Assembly (NCBI GenBank): GCA_964187785.1
Contig: OZ076409.1
Location: 37,202,001 to 37,266,000, forward strand
Direction: 5' to 3'
Length of the DNA: 64,000 nt
Source: Amphiscolops sp. MND2022
Taxonomy: Eukaryota
Position numbers and translations under genes: made by a program. Positions 26,101-39,546 of the stretch are shown here, in pieces (the stretch's first letter is position 1; each line of letters opens with the position of its first letter). A model generated the notes under the pieces. It saw nothing but the letters and a program-made list of their open reading frames with translations. It did no database searches and had not been told where the DNA came from.

Positions 26101-27251
26101 CACCAACTTTCTGAACATATCCAAATTTCAAAATTGCCTGAATATACTCATTTCTCATCTTAAACGGCGATATCTTGAAGAGAGTTAACATTCTTTCAAA
26201 GAGGAAGATTATCAAATATAAAATTTCGTTTTTTTTCACATTCAGATATCAATTTTATGGCGCAGTCTGTACTGGCAGTCCATCACAAACCACCGGTGAC
26301 CACCTGTGGAACACCAGTGACCATCGGTGGAGGCAATTTTGGATATTCAGTCATTATTTCCACCGGTGGCTAGCGGTGGATTTTTTTCGCAAAATGAAAT
26401 TTTATTTCTGTAAAATTGTTGAAAATGTACTTTATTGATTGTCAAAATTTCAATATGGATCCGGATGTTATTTCAATTTTCAAAAACGTACATCTGCAGC
26501 AATAAAGACTATTTTGGCACCGCATGTCCGCAAGCCGCGATGTAGGCAATGCTGCAGCATTTAGCTGAGCCAAAACAAAAAAATATACGAGCTGATAGCG
26601 CAGAGGTAAACGCTGGACTGTCAACAAAATAATCGCAGGTTCATGTCACGATTTTTGCAATATTTTATATACAACATAAAGTGTTTCCACCGGTGTCAGG
26701 TTCGGTTCATCAGTAATTCAATCAACTTGCCGCGTTTGTTACTCAAAATTATATATTTTGGAACGCGTGTTGTGATAATAAATCAAAAACACCTTGAATT
26801 ACCTTCCAGTCAATGATTTTGTCCCAAGGGTTTCGGCCAGTTAGGTTGTTTGGCATTGAATTGACAAAAATGCGTTATCGGAGCTTTCCGAGAAAATGCA
26901 ACTATTATATTGATAGGTCCTGAATCGATAAAAAAAAGGTTTGAATCGATCCGTGGTTTGTGAAGTATTGAAAACTGATTCAAGAAGTATTAGTGGAATT
27001 GGAAGAGTATTTAACTTTTCTGGAAAGATTTTGAGATTTGTTGGGACTTGTATTTTTTGCACTTTCGGAGTGTTCGAAACTCGATATTCAAATGTTCGAA
27101 CAATATACCACTACAGCGTCTTTAATTCTGGCCAAAGAACTCAACACCAGTCAGAAATTTTAAATCATTTTAAAAATGCTCAAGTCGAATGAGGAGAGTG
27201 TTTGACTTGGTTCCAATAATTTATACAAGCTTCTGTAAGTTGGTTTTTCAG

Positions 27252-27375
27252 GTTTCCGTCAAAGTACTTTGGAAAACTATTGGGCGTTGAAGTGTTTGTG
27301 TGTTCCTTCACAATTTTCGGGCAGTACTTCCTGCAGCAGTTTGTTCAAAATGGGCTTGGTGGAAACCCTTTTAAG
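27252..27375 (+). CDS. SLC43A3: SLC43A3-like exon
   Basis: ttcag|g ... aag|gtaac; FPSKYFGKLLG...GGNPFK matches SLC43 'FPSEHFGKL.G...DPF'. Confidence 0.92.
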
Positions 27376-27924
27376 GTAACGCTTTTATCTGTTTCTGAAA
27401 ACCTTCTCTTTTCATTAAGGCGTTGATTGTTTTTGAAAGTCAGGTCGATTATTGATGAACAACACGTTTGGTTTCCTAACTTCGGAATGAACTTAGATAT
27501 ACAATTCTGAAGTAAACTGAATTTAGCAGCTTCAAAAATCAACTCATGTTCCTTTTCTGGATTTTGATCGTCATAAGTTTCAATTTACGATATTCTAGAA
27601 ACTTTCTGGAGTTATGTGTTCATATATCAGTTTGCTTATACATGAGTTTTTAAAACAGCTATGATTGGCAAAATTGATCTCTTTACAACTACCAACTAGT
27701 GTTCAAAATCAACTCCATCTTTGTTGTTTTTACTCAGTAATGGGCTACACATTCCATCGGAAAAGTCCGAAAGGTTTTGGAGATCCTTATTGACAAAACA
27801 ATTTCTCCCTGCAAGGATCTTTCAAGATCTCGCAAAATAATGCGTTTTCCTTGGATTCTATTAAATGCATTAAATGAAAGCATTTTATCTCAACCAGGAA
27901 GTTTATGTCTTTAATTTTTTTCAG

Positions 27925-28065
27925 GTGCACATGTTTCTTGTTGTTCTGGCATTCTTGTCGTTCATCCACCCGACAAATCTTCTGCTGCTCACTTTTCACA
28001 GGAAGAAGAAGATGAAGTGGCAGAAACAACAGATCGCTTCCTGCGAACGAGTCATTTACGCCTAA
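27925..28065 (+). CDS. SLC43A3: SLC43A3-like last coding exon
   Basis: tttcag|gtg; VHMFLVVLAFLSFIHP (last TM, SLC43 'F.HP') to stop TAA at 28063-28065. Confidence 0.9.
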   Translation: MHMFLVVLAFLSFIHPTNLLLLTFHRKKKMKWQKQQIASCERVIYA

Positions 28066-28772
28066 AAGCCATTAACAACTCCTGTCCTTCACGTGCAGAT
28101 ATGGACACCCTTGTTACTACTGTTTTATATGTAAACTATTGATTACAAATGAAGTTTTGAATGGGCAGACAAAAAATTCTTCATTTTTAAATAACGTATA
28201 AGGTTATACCATCAGAATTGACTGTAGGCACTCAAGCGCTTCTAATCGAAAAAAAAACAGACTTTTTCCATGATTTTAATTGTTGCCACTAACGCTCAGC
28301 CTTGAACTGTTGTTTCATATTGTAAAATGTAGAAGCTCGTCAAATTCACTTTCGCATTTTTTGACAAGAGAAAATTCGGTGCTTATGCAAATGTTCAATA
28401 TCTTGAAACCGTCAGATCCTCGATTTTTATAAAGCCCCATATTTACATTTTCGGGATTGTTGCGATTGAAACTCTATAGAGTCTCAATCGTCTTCCAAGA
28501 CCAAAGTATAGATAAGATAAGATAACAATCTCCATGCCAATGTCAATAACTCCACTAATCTCAAAAAAGCATGAATAAACAAGATTTATCACTTGAATAC
28601 CAACTATCTGTCGAAAAAGAAGATTTCTTGTAATAATAAATTATTATCTTTCAACAAGTTGATTGCACTTTGAATTTGAATTGAATGGAATTGGTAACTC
28701 ATTTACAGATGTTGTCTGTGATTGCAACGATGGAGCAAGTTGATCACGCAGAATGAGTACTTTTTCTCTCTT

Positions 28773-29188
28773 CTAGGTACTAAAGTTCAGCATCCGTTTG
28801 TTGGCGGCAATTTTCTGCCGAATAGCGTTGTCTTCTTGGATCATCTTCAAAAGCTGCTCGCCTGAAATTGCACGGGTGCTGAAACTCAAAAGACGTTTTC
28901 CCATGGGCGCAGGTACCCTCTCAGGATAATACCCAGCCGCGCCCACCGCATGGTCCGATGATCTCTTGGGGGGTGCCTGCGGGGCGAATTGGCGGGTGTC
29001 GGGTGCACTGCGGGTACTGAAACTCAGCATTCTCTTGTGGGGCGACACAATCACGAAAGGGTTGTAGACGTCCCCTCGTTCCACGGGCTGTTCGGCGAAG
29101 TGTGGGTTCTTCACGTAGTAGCCGTTCGACGTTTCTATAAAGTCATTCTCGAAGTTGTTGCGGAATTGGGAGTCGTCTGGGGCTTCTC
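28773..29188 (-). CDS. Neuropeptide precursor, last coding exon (xL[S/N]FST peptides)
   Basis: ttttag| acceptor at 29190-89; KR-MLSFST-R, KR-LLSFST-R and KR-MLNFST-stop separated by non-repetitive spacers; GC-richer than flanks. Confidence 0.85.
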
Positions 29189-30433
29189 CTAAAATGAAAG
29201 CAGTTTTCTAATTTTCCTTAGGATTCTTTTTGAGTATAGAATCTTATATAACACGCAGCTGTTCCCCTACACATTATAAACACTCGGTTAATGGTTATAG
29301 AAATTCTTTTTGTTTTCTATGGCAAGAACTTGAAACTTATTCTCACGACTTTTGTTGTTTTTGACTCAAAAATATCTCCAGTAGTGGGAAATGTAAACTT
29401 AGCAAAGAAACCTTTCGTTTCAACCACAGTTATACTAAATTTTCCTTGCTTAGCCATGACGATGAGACTACATCTCAGTATAGTTTGTGGTCAATGAAAC
29501 AGCATTTTTTGTTTCTTGAGAAGGTGTGATATTAAAAAGTTTGACATTGAAAAGTGTGACTATGCTCCTCGTACTGACAGCTCATCACAGTCTCATGATA
29601 ACCATCGAACCTGGTTGGAAATAATATTCCGACCATTTCGTTAGCCCGTGAATACGCTTAAATGAAGCTACCTAGTTTGAATTATGATATTTTTATCAAG
29701 CTAGAATGATGAAGCATTGGATTGCAATTCAACCACTTTGACAGAAATATTCGTTTCTTCAAAATAAATTTGGCTATAAACCGATGTCATAAAAATTTTT
29801 CCAAAAAACATCATATGCAATAAAAGCTCCTTCAAACAAAAAAGATGTTTGTTCTAAGTAAGACTATTTATTGTGCTATTCAAAGAGAAATATTGGTCAC
29901 TCGAGCTAATAGATATTCTTTTGTTCATTTCAAAAAACATCTCAATGAAATTCGATTTGTCTACTGAAGAGGAGTCAAGACAAACATCATTAGAAAAAAA
30001 GCTGCAAACAAAAGTTTTCCCCACTATTATTTCATTGTTTTTCTGTATAAATCACTTCAGAAAATGTATGAAATTTCCATCATCAAATCATTTTTCATTC
30101 ATTTGAGCACTTAAGCTTGGCAAATATAGTCATTGATTACTATATGTAGACTTTTTGAAAGTCGAGGCTGGTCTTTTCAACCAGTCAGCACTTCAAAGCT
30201 AAGATCGCTCCGGAATGAAGACTATCTTGATAAACGTTTCAGAGAACTTGAGATCAATATTTTGAGAAGTAACGCCTATAAAAAGCAATTCTAGAGCTAT
30301 CGTTCCTTCAAACTTTCATCGAAGGAAGTCTAAAATGTTTCCGTTCTCATAACTTTACAAGCATGAATTTTTTCAAAAGTCAAAAAACTCAATTTCCAGC
30401 GTTGGGAAAAGTCAAAGCTTGGCTTCCATTAAT

Positions 30434-31590
30434 AACAAGGCGGGACCGGTCCAAGTTGGCGCTTCGCTCAAGTTTCAGAAGACTAAATTTCTTGAATATG
30501 CAAATTGTTAAAATTTTGTAAATTTTTCAGTGTCAAAAAATATCCCAATTGATACGGCTAATACCTGAAAACCACTTTTTCCCAAACTAGAAACACAAAA
30601 ACCCCATTTTCTGAAGATTTTTAGGAGTCGGCAAAACTTTTCGACTACCCATGCACTCGTAGTTTTTTCCTCCCGACCTTTCAATGAAAATTTTAAATTT
30701 CTCAAAAACTATTCATACAATTTTTATAAATTTTTGCTCAGTCATTTTGAACCCAAAGGTGCTCCTGCGTGCGCAAAGGCATTAAAATTGTATGACTGGG
30801 AATCGCACTATGCCCAAAAAACCAAACTATACTTCTTTCTATACTTGTACAAGCCGGGAACGGCCCAAGTCAGCGCGATATCTAAGGCTTAACAATTTAT
30901 ATGGAATTTTGGGGAAAAATCGTTTTTAAAAAATTGGGAAAAATGAAACGTTATTTCCGAATTTTGAAAACGTTATACACGAACTTTGAAACCGCTATAT
31001 TCGAACTTTGAAAACGTTATGTTCAAACTTTGAAAACGTTACATCCAAACTTTAACTTTGAAAACGTTATATCCGAACTTTGAAACGTTATATCCGAACT
31101 AAATTACATCGGCTAAGAAGTTGAACAAATGAACAAAAAAGCGGACCATTCAGAGGTAACTGAAATTTTTTTTAAAAAAAAACAAGACGAGAACGTCTAA
31201 AATTGGCGCTATATCTAAAGCTCAAAAAGCGTAATGTTTTAAAAATATGCGCAGGACCCATTTATGAAAAGCTCAAAAACAGTTTTGAGACACCCAAAGG
31301 TTGCCTTTCATGCTCGATAAGACTCTGAAACCATTTTTCCCAACTTGGAACAAAAAAAAACATTTTTTTGAAAAAACTTCATTTTTTCGTTTGGAAAATG
31401 TCGCATAGTTCCAAAAATGTAAAAGGGGGACCCTTTGGGCTTTAATAACATACATTCTGTTGCAAAATATTTAAAAAGTCGAAAGGGGACCCCTTTGAAG
31501 CATTGAAAAATTTTCAAAAAAAGACATACAGTGCCGAAAAAAAATCGAAAGGGGTACCCTTTAGTCTCGTCCGGTTTTGACTAAAAACAC
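30434..31590 (-). mobile_element. Cluster of three stacked HINE/DINE-1-like elements
   Basis: Reverse-complement 3' ends (acaag..ggaac...gcgc.atatctaa) at ~30434, 30850 and 31181; ~23-bp minisatellite at 30955-31100. Confidence 0.65.
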
Positions 31591-34579
31591 CGTGTTCCTG
31601 CTAAAAATCAAAAGTCCAACATTTCAATTTAGCTAAATTGAAAGGATGGACTTCTGATTTCAGACAAGTCTTCGTGGTGTTTTGAAAAATTTCCGACAAG
31701 GAGTTTCACAAGGGATTAAAAAACATTTGAAACGGAATTATTTCATGAAGTTCGTTTGGTGGTAAACGTTTTCTTTTAAGTTGTCACTGTAGCAAAAATT
31801 CTGAACAGAGAGGATCCTGGTTTTCCATTCCCAAAAACAAGCAATTGTTTTATTGTCAGAAAAGCTGTATCTTCTGACGAATCAAGTTATATTCTATTGA
31901 AGCATACTTTCACTGCCTAGCTCAGTTGCTTTTCTAGATTTGATAAAAGATCCTCGATAATTTCATCTATGAAAATTGTAAACTTGCGGAATGTGATTTA
32001 ATCATTTTTATCCTTTTGTAGTTCGTTTTTGATGCAGTTGGGCCAAACGATGTTCTAAAATAGAAACCACGGTCATTGCTGTTTGAAAGTATCAAATACC
32101 CCACGTGATATATTACAAATTAATTGACTCAAATGACCACGTTTCATTGAAATAATTATAGTTGAGAAACCAACTTTTGAAACTAAAACGAAAACCTTCA
32201 ATGAAACCAGCAGTTTCATCGATATTAATTCCATTAACCAAGAGTTCAAGTAAAAACCATAAATTTTAAAACGAAAAAAAATTGCTCAGAACGAAAGATT
32301 TCGAAAACCTTTTCACCTGAAAAACCGCATACTGACTTTTTGAAGTTCATATATTTATTGTTGTCTCTCTTCTGAGAACATGCAATTGTTTCGAGTGAAT
32401 TTTGCTCAGTTTTGTATTTTGAAGGAAAGCCATAAAATATCTATTCTATACCATAAATGCAATATATCAACATGAATGCATTACTTAAATGGCTTGATAT
32501 CGATTACCGCTGAAAATGGTTTACCAACAACTTTCTGTCTAATGTCTAAATGTGTTTGTGACCTCTAAAAGATGATGACCTTTTGGCCTGACAGCTTTCG
32601 ATGGAGCGCACTTTTTCTATTTATGTGAAACTTTACAGCTCATCTGAAACAAAGGTGACCTTTCCATTTGCTTTAGTTGAATTTGTATTGACTTCATTCT
32701 TCTTTATTGGACGGTCCGTTGGCTATTACTTTGATTTCCATAAAACCCAAGCTTCTCCAAAGGTTGTTTTTTCAATAAATCTATTTTTTTACATTTGTTA
32801 CAATTTCAGAATTTGGAATGCCAAAAATTGAAATGGTAAATGCCAGCAGTAGGAATGAAATTAATTGGGGCTTCTTTTTGTTGCACGATCAAAAAAACTG
32901 ACTGCACAATTGCTAACAACAAAGGCGCTTTTTGAAGAATTTCTATTTGTTAGTCATTTTGAATTGAGAAAAAAACTGATCAAAGGGTTTGGGAAAGGTT
33001 CATTGCGCTGATTTAACCGTGGTTTTCGAACAATGGTCTCATTAAAGCTCGCTTGTCTTTATCTCCAAATGACTGCCTGTTGTGAAGCACGCAATAAACA
33101 TGTGCAATAAACAAATGACTGCGAGAGTTACACCAGTTAAACTGTTTTAGACAGCTGAAAACAGTTCGCATTCATTTCAAGATAACTTTGTTAGAGTTTT
33201 TTAATCACCGTTAGGGCAAATCAAAGCAAAAAAAGAATTGGTTGTAGCACAAATCCGTTTTCAGTTCCTGAAAGTAACTTCATGGCTTTTAGGAGTTTCA
33301 GACATGAAATCCGCAGAATTACCCGCTTCCAACGGTGGCCAGGTTGTGCCCCCGTACGTTGCCCCCGGTACCTCCGGGCTTGAAGACATTCGCCAAAATT
33401 TTAGTCCAGATTTATAACAGAAAAACTCGGCTATTTTTCTCAACGAAAACTTTGGTTAACGTCTTGGTGTGTACCTTTCAGCGACACCAATTGGATTCAA
33501 ATTGGAACAAAAGCAATTTTCGTAAGTTTTCAAGGTTTTTTTGCATTTTTCTTTCTCTAATTCTGATTTATTTCGACACCGAAAGGAAAGTGCAACTCAA
33601 AACATGCGGCTGTTTTGAAACAAAAACTAATATTGTACCATCCCGATTACGTTTGTCGTTTACCTGTCAAAGTCGTTGTCCATACATACCCGGGATGTCC
33701 TATCATGCAAAACATACTATGTTTCCATATATGGAAACTAGCTACCATACAAAAAAACCTTTTCAAGTTCTAGTCATGACTTTAATGTTTGCATATAAGA
33801 TCATTGTATGGATTGCCTGATTTCATATAACTGTATGGCCCTTTTATGGAACACATGCTTTTTCAGTATGGCCACTTTTGAAAGTATCGTCTTCTCATGG
33901 AACCCTTGTTTTTGAAGTATGGTTCTTTTATGGAAGTCATGCTCTGCCACTTTTGTTGAAACCTCATCGTTTTGATACAAAAATGAAGCATCAGAATTTG
34001 AAAGGAACAAAAACCAATAAATTCATTATAAAAAGACTTAAGGGAAGACATTGATTCAATCAAGAAAATTTAAAACTGAATTACAGTGGACAGATATTTT
34101 GTCATCAATGTTCGTCAACTGTAATTTAGCTGAATTCGACATCACTAAACAGAAGCATAACCAGAAAAGAATAATCATCAAAAAATCATGTCAGGAACAC
34201 TTAAATGTCCAATTTTCGGAACAAATTGGAACCAACTGAATTACAGCGGACAGATATGGAACCTCGCAAAAATAACCATTAAAAAACGTTAGGAAAAGCA
34301 GACAAACAGCTCAAGGACAACTAAAATCAATCTTGTAATGATTTGGAGTTCCATCAAAAACTGTGTTGGGACTTGTAAATAGTTCCATTTTTCGTGAACA
34401 ATGTTCTCGCCAACTGATTTTCGCTCATTATGTCCTCATGGTGAAAGTTGTGCTTGAAAAACAGGTTTTTGGTGACATAAACAGAATATGGAAACCTCTC
34501 GTTCCATAGGAGGAACATAGTAGGGAAAACGTGTTTATTTTAGAATGACCACAGTATGACTCAGATGAATTTTTTGGTT

Positions 34580-34910
34580 TTTGGTCGGCGCCCTTTCCCT
34601 TAAGGAAAAAAGCCCGACTATTACAGGCCGAAGGGTACTCAATGGGCCAAAGGGTACTCCCTTAAAGTATTTTCTGCTCTGTGAGACTTTTTTTTGAAAA
34701 AAATTTCATCGATAGGGTCCCCCTTCAGGTTTTTGATATTTTCCGACAGAAAGGATGTTGAAAAATCCCAAAGGGTCCCCCCTTTCAGTTTTTTCAGGCA
34801 TTGTGAGAATTTGTTTCAGAAATTTTTTTTCATAAAAGGGTCCCCAATTAACCAATACTTTAACATTTTGAAGTCCTTTTGCTATGTTTGAGCCTTAGAT
34901 ATGGCGCCGA
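34580..34910 (+). mobile_element. HINE/DINE-1-like element, 3' hairpin missing
   Basis: ttggtcggcgcc...cccgact start; ends gagccttagatatggcgccga. Confidence 0.65.
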
Positions 34911-35210
34911 TATTACTGTTTCCATAAATAACCATGTATGACTTTTTATGAAAAGAATGTTTCTTGAATTGAATTGAGGTCAACCTGGTAGTTTGAAATA
35001 TCTTTTTAAAAAATCATATATCTGTCGATATTAAACTCCTCTGGTCTAGGTCAGATAATTATTGTTTCCATCCACATAAATGGGGGAGGAAAATCATGAT
35101 CTGTGTTGCGTTTTTTCCCAAATTCTCCAAATCTCGTCCCAGTTTCACCTCTCTTAGAGTTACTTGACTATTTTTGTTACTTGACTATTCTAGTTACTTA
35201 GAAAAATCTA

Positions 35211-35330
35211 GTCACCATGGCGCAGTTGGTAGTGCTTCTGCCTGACAGACACGAGGTCTTGGGTTCGAACGCGGGCTGATATCTTACATTTTTAGCGGAA
35301 AATATCCCGGTGCTTAGCGGGCGTTTTGAT
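35211..35330 (+). mobile_element. tRNA-derived SINE head or tRNA pseudogene
   Basis: A box TGGCGCAGTTGG, B box GGTTCGAAC; broken anticodon and acceptor stems; downstream aaaatatcccggtgcttagcgggcgt has a relative near 7050-7076. Confidence 0.65.
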
Positions 35331-35449
35331 TATTCTGTTTAGTTTTTGTGGACAAGTGAAGTTCAATTCTATTAGTTTTCGTTTCACGTCGCTAGTAAAA
35401 CTGTAACGAGACCCTCTAATGCATGAATATTTGTTGATAACCATGATGA

Positions 35450-35711
35450 CCATGAAAAACGCTTTTATTTTTTGACGTGTCAGTTGAGCCGTTCGTTCAA
35501 GTTGGACTTTCCGCAGTTTTTGCAACTATCAAAGACTCAACCGATCAAGTCTGACCATGATGTAGTAGGGACTGACATTATTCAGATCTGAAACCGTCTT
35601 TGAATCAGGGGAAAAGCTACCTATAAAGGCTTCGTTTCGCGCCTGTGATCCAAAACCCGCAAGCTGTTGTTGTGGTTTTGATCTTTTTGCATAGTTTAGA
35701 ACCTTTTGTTC
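35450..35711 (-). CDS. Putative exon pair of an unidentified short-intron gene
   Basis: Exon 35711-35577 (EQKVLNYAKR...DLNN), 51-nt GT-AG intron, in-phase LQKLRKVQLERTAQLTRQKIK from 35525; 3' boundary approximate. Confidence 0.4.
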
Positions 35712-36544
35712 CTGTTATTCATCCTCGGTGATTAAATAAAAAACTTTTTTGGGGCGTATTTTCCTTTGATCAAAAAAACCGTAGCAGAACCACCCTTTTA
35801 GTAAGGCTAATTAGGTTTTATAAGGCTAATTAGGAGGTGCTTTTGTGAGCAAATTTCCATTCATCACTAACAATTAAACACTAGGAACGACCAGATGACA
35901 ACTCAGGACGCTTGGAAGATCAAATGAGTTTTTCCAGAATTATCGTCAGTCAGGGGGGTCAAGCCTTATCGCTAAAACTTCTCTGCTCCGTTCACAACGA
36001 TAAGCTTGCAGCGCCTGTCGTTACAAAATTTGTGTTCAGTACCTTATGTTAAGTTCTATTTTTTATATCTTGTTTCAAAGAAGTTCCTCAATTTTTTGCT
36101 CAATTAAGCCAATAGGGGTTCGTTTGTTTTGCGGTATTTGATTTGGTCATCTTGCGAATTTTTTATCTTCATGAAATTGTGTCTATAAACATGTGTTTAT
36201 CATCCATTAAGTTTTCAGAATTGCAAAAAAAAACTTGGAAAAACGTAAGTGTAATTTAAATAGGAATTAAAAAATGTGTTTTTTTTCAGTAAAACCTTCA
36301 ACAAGACATCCGACACAGGAATTATCTCAATTATCCGACACTGCATTATCTTCTGACTGTTTAGAGAATTGCGTACTATTCGTACTGTTGATTGGACTGA
36401 ACTTGTTCAGTAATTTGTTAAGCAGTTAATAAACCTAAATTGCGTTATGCGGTTTTTGAACGATTAATCATTACGCGAAAATCCTAACTTGTCAACTCAC
36501 TAAAAATTAGAAGATTTTGTTCTTGTATTCTTAAGTCAAAAGTT

Positions 36545-36862
36545 CGGTTATAGAGCAACTCCGGATATTACGAAGGGGGACTTCAATAAAATCAAAGGGG
36601 ACCCTTTGTAGACAAAAAAATTGAAAAAAACTCGCACAGTGCTGAAAAAAATTGGAAGGGAGACCAGTCCGTCTCGTCCGGTTTTGTATGTTACGTTTAA
36701 AAAGTGAAAAATGAAAGGGGGAACCCTTTGCATTAACTTAGATGCGTTCCCCAGATATTTGACCAAACTGAACAAAAATTTCGTCGCCTTCGAGACCTTT
36801 CTTCAAAAAAAAACGAGTGGCTGTAACAGTCGAGCTCGTTTATTCTAAAAGCGCCGACTATA
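36545..36862 (-). mobile_element. HINE-like element (5' part)
   Basis: aaaagcgccgacta at ~36847-36860; inverted homologue of 37040-37375. Confidence 0.65.
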
Positions 36863-37039
36863 ATGAGTCTTTTTGCATGAGTCTTTTTTATCATTGTTTG
36901 GTACTTGGAGTCCCAGTTTTTAGCTGTGCGGTCTGTCATTGTAAGTATTGTAGTATATGCCCAAATTTTGCCCACTACTTTTCACCATTCATAACTTAGG
37001 TTAATTATCCCTGCTTATTGAATTATTTCCTCGACACTG

Positions 37040-37527
37040 TTTTTAGTCGGCGCTTTTACAATAGAAGAGCCCGACTATTACAGTCAATCTTTTTTCAAGG
37101 CATTCTCGAATGCGACGAAATTTTTGTTCAGTTTGTTCAAATAAACGAATACCTGGGAAATGCATCGGTTATTGCAACAGGTCCCCTTTTCATTTTTCAC
37201 TTTTTAAACGTAATATAAAAAACCGGACGAGACTCAAGAGTCCTACTTTCATTTTTTCACCACTTTCACTGTGCAACTTTTTATCAAAATTTTTTTATCT
37301 TCAAAGGGTCCCTTTTCGATTTTATTGAAGCCCCCCTCGTAATTATCCGCTGTAAAGCGCTATATCCGAACTTTTGACGTTACATCCGAACCATATTGCG
37401 TTTTATTAAGGAGGAGGTGGAGGTGAGAAAACAGTTGTTTTTCTCGAAAACGTCCCACGCATTTTTTCAAAACTGCGCTTTCTGAGACTTAGATACAGCG
37501 CGGACTTTAGACATTTCCGTCTTGTTG
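37040..37527 (+). mobile_element. HINE-like element
   Basis: ttttagtcggcgc...cccgact start; ends cttagatacagcgcggact...cttgtt. Confidence 0.7.
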
Positions 37528-39341
37528 TGAGCTATTAGAACGGTGGTTCTGGTAACGCAGAATGCCGTTACTTTTGGCAGTCACCGACTGGGATCAGTTG
37601 GAGGGTCTTCTATAGAAAAGGGACCCCACAGGGACATATTTCACCCCAAGAGGTAAATTGGGTCCGTCCCATGAAACAAAGCCCCATCCCTTTAGATTCC
37701 TTCGAGTTAAGCCACGTGACAGCTTGCCGTTGCATCAGGTATTCTGTCCAATATAAAACAAAAAACTTGAAGTAGAATTACGTAACACTTCAGCTATGGA
37801 TTTTCAAAGCGTCACAATTGATCCGAAAAACCTTGATGGAAGCGTATTACCACCCTTATGCAACGATTTTTTCGGTATGAATTGCAACCTTCACAATTTT
37901 CTTGATTTTGATTCAATTCGAAACTTTTGTTCACTAATTGGTTTAGTTTTTCAGCCATTATAATACCTGTCAACCATTTCAATATAGTTAAATTCATGCT
38001 GCAAATACTTTTCAATTACTTTCTTCAATTATCCCTCGCTTGGGTGTTTCAAAATAGGCTCTGACAAATTCAGCGATTGTAAATAATTGAGCTGAGAGAT
38101 GATTCGACATTATAACCGGCAATGCGTTATTCAGTAATTGGCACATGTTTCGCAATTTGGCTTTCCTTCCTGCATTTTCCCACACTTCTGACCTTTTTAT
38201 GTGCATCCCTATTTTCCTCATGGCCAATGAGTTCAAGTCCCTCAAGGCTATGTCACAAATTCAGGTCATCTGAGTCAACTGATTCTCTCGGTTCTTTCGG
38301 AAGCCTTGATTTCGACAAAATCAATCAAATATGTGACATCAGACATTTCAGGTTTTGAATTTCAGGTGACGTCCAAAAGTTTAAACTTATACCAATTAGT
38401 AAAAATGAAGGCACGCAAATAAAGCTAATTAATCACATGAAGTGATGTTTTGAACTAACTTGGATAATCTTTGAGGTGTGAACTATAGGTTGTGAAAACA
38501 ACCAGACGGTTTTGTCTCTTGAAAAATATGTTTATAATAAAACACAGGCTACTTGACTCTTCAAAGGCAGAAAATATTTCCCTATTAGCGTATGTTTCAA
38601 AGTAAAGCTTCTCAGTAGAAGAAACTGTAGAATAAAAAATCACAAGAGTAGAAAAGAAGTGCCTATTTAGATGTTGAAATCTGGTAACTTTTATGAACTT
38701 CAGATTAAGAAACTCCGAAATGCATAAAGTATACTAATTTGCAGCTCATTCCAGATCTAATTTTAAAGCACTAAATTGGTCTTGGGAGGATTTTGTGAAT
38801 GATACGACACTTGTTGATTTGAAATAAAATTTTTTTAAAAAAAAGGAAAGTTCAGCAAGTTTCTCGATTTTGCTGTGACACCATAATTAGTCATCCAGCT
38901 GCGCTGAGTCAGTTAATTAATGCAAGTCTTGTTCCGATTCCATAATTATTTTCTTGAAAAGTTGAGTGGTCATTGAATTACCAGTGATGATTTTTTAAAA
39001 AAGGAAAACATCAATGAAGTAGAATCCATTAGTCTCAGTCATCGGTATATTTAGCCTGAATTTTACGTAGTAAGATCATGATATGTATGTTTTATGAAAA
39101 AAAAACTATGAGAGCTGGAAATTTTTTTCAAAGATGCCACGCAGTGAAGTTTTGCCTAGCTCCTACCAAAGATTTCACTGAAAAAGTAGATTAAAAAAGA
39201 AAGTCGCGATTTAAAAGTTTTGAGAGGTTTGAAAATTTTTCAACATATTGTGCATTAAAAGCATTATCCAGGAGCGTGCGTATAACAAACAATTTTGTAG
39301 TATTGCTTTTAAGCCTGTTGAGACCTTAAGAATTGCGTCAC

Positions 39342-39355
39342 GTTGCCATAGCAAC
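39342..39355. promoter_or_regulatory. RFX X-box with adjacent CRE-like TGCGTCA
   Basis: GTTGCCATAGCAAC is a perfect match to GTNRCC-N2-RGYAAC; TGCGTCA at 39334-39340. Confidence 0.65.
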
Positions 39356-39546
39356 CATACTTCACAACCAAAGGAAACCGGAGTGCCGGGAAACTTCAAA
39401 AGTGTCAATCTCAACAGCGCCAAACGGACTAGAAGTTTTCTCATACAGTTGTTCACGTGCTAAATTTTCATCACTTTTTTCCATCTAACTCTATTTTATT
39501 ACGTCACAATACTCAAATGGTTCAGCTAAATGGATCTAAGCATCAG

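Noticed and set aside
33323..33389. MSSSPEVPGATYGG...|gtaatt as first exon of the neuropeptide gene
   Set aside because: Phase fits but there is no hydrophobic signal peptide
35211..35285. Functional tRNA gene
   Set aside because: A and B boxes are present but the acceptor and anticodon stems do not pair
38012..38245. bHLH-like look of RKAKLRNMCQLLNNALP
   Set aside because: Basic-region E-x-x-R-R and helix-2 consensus are missing
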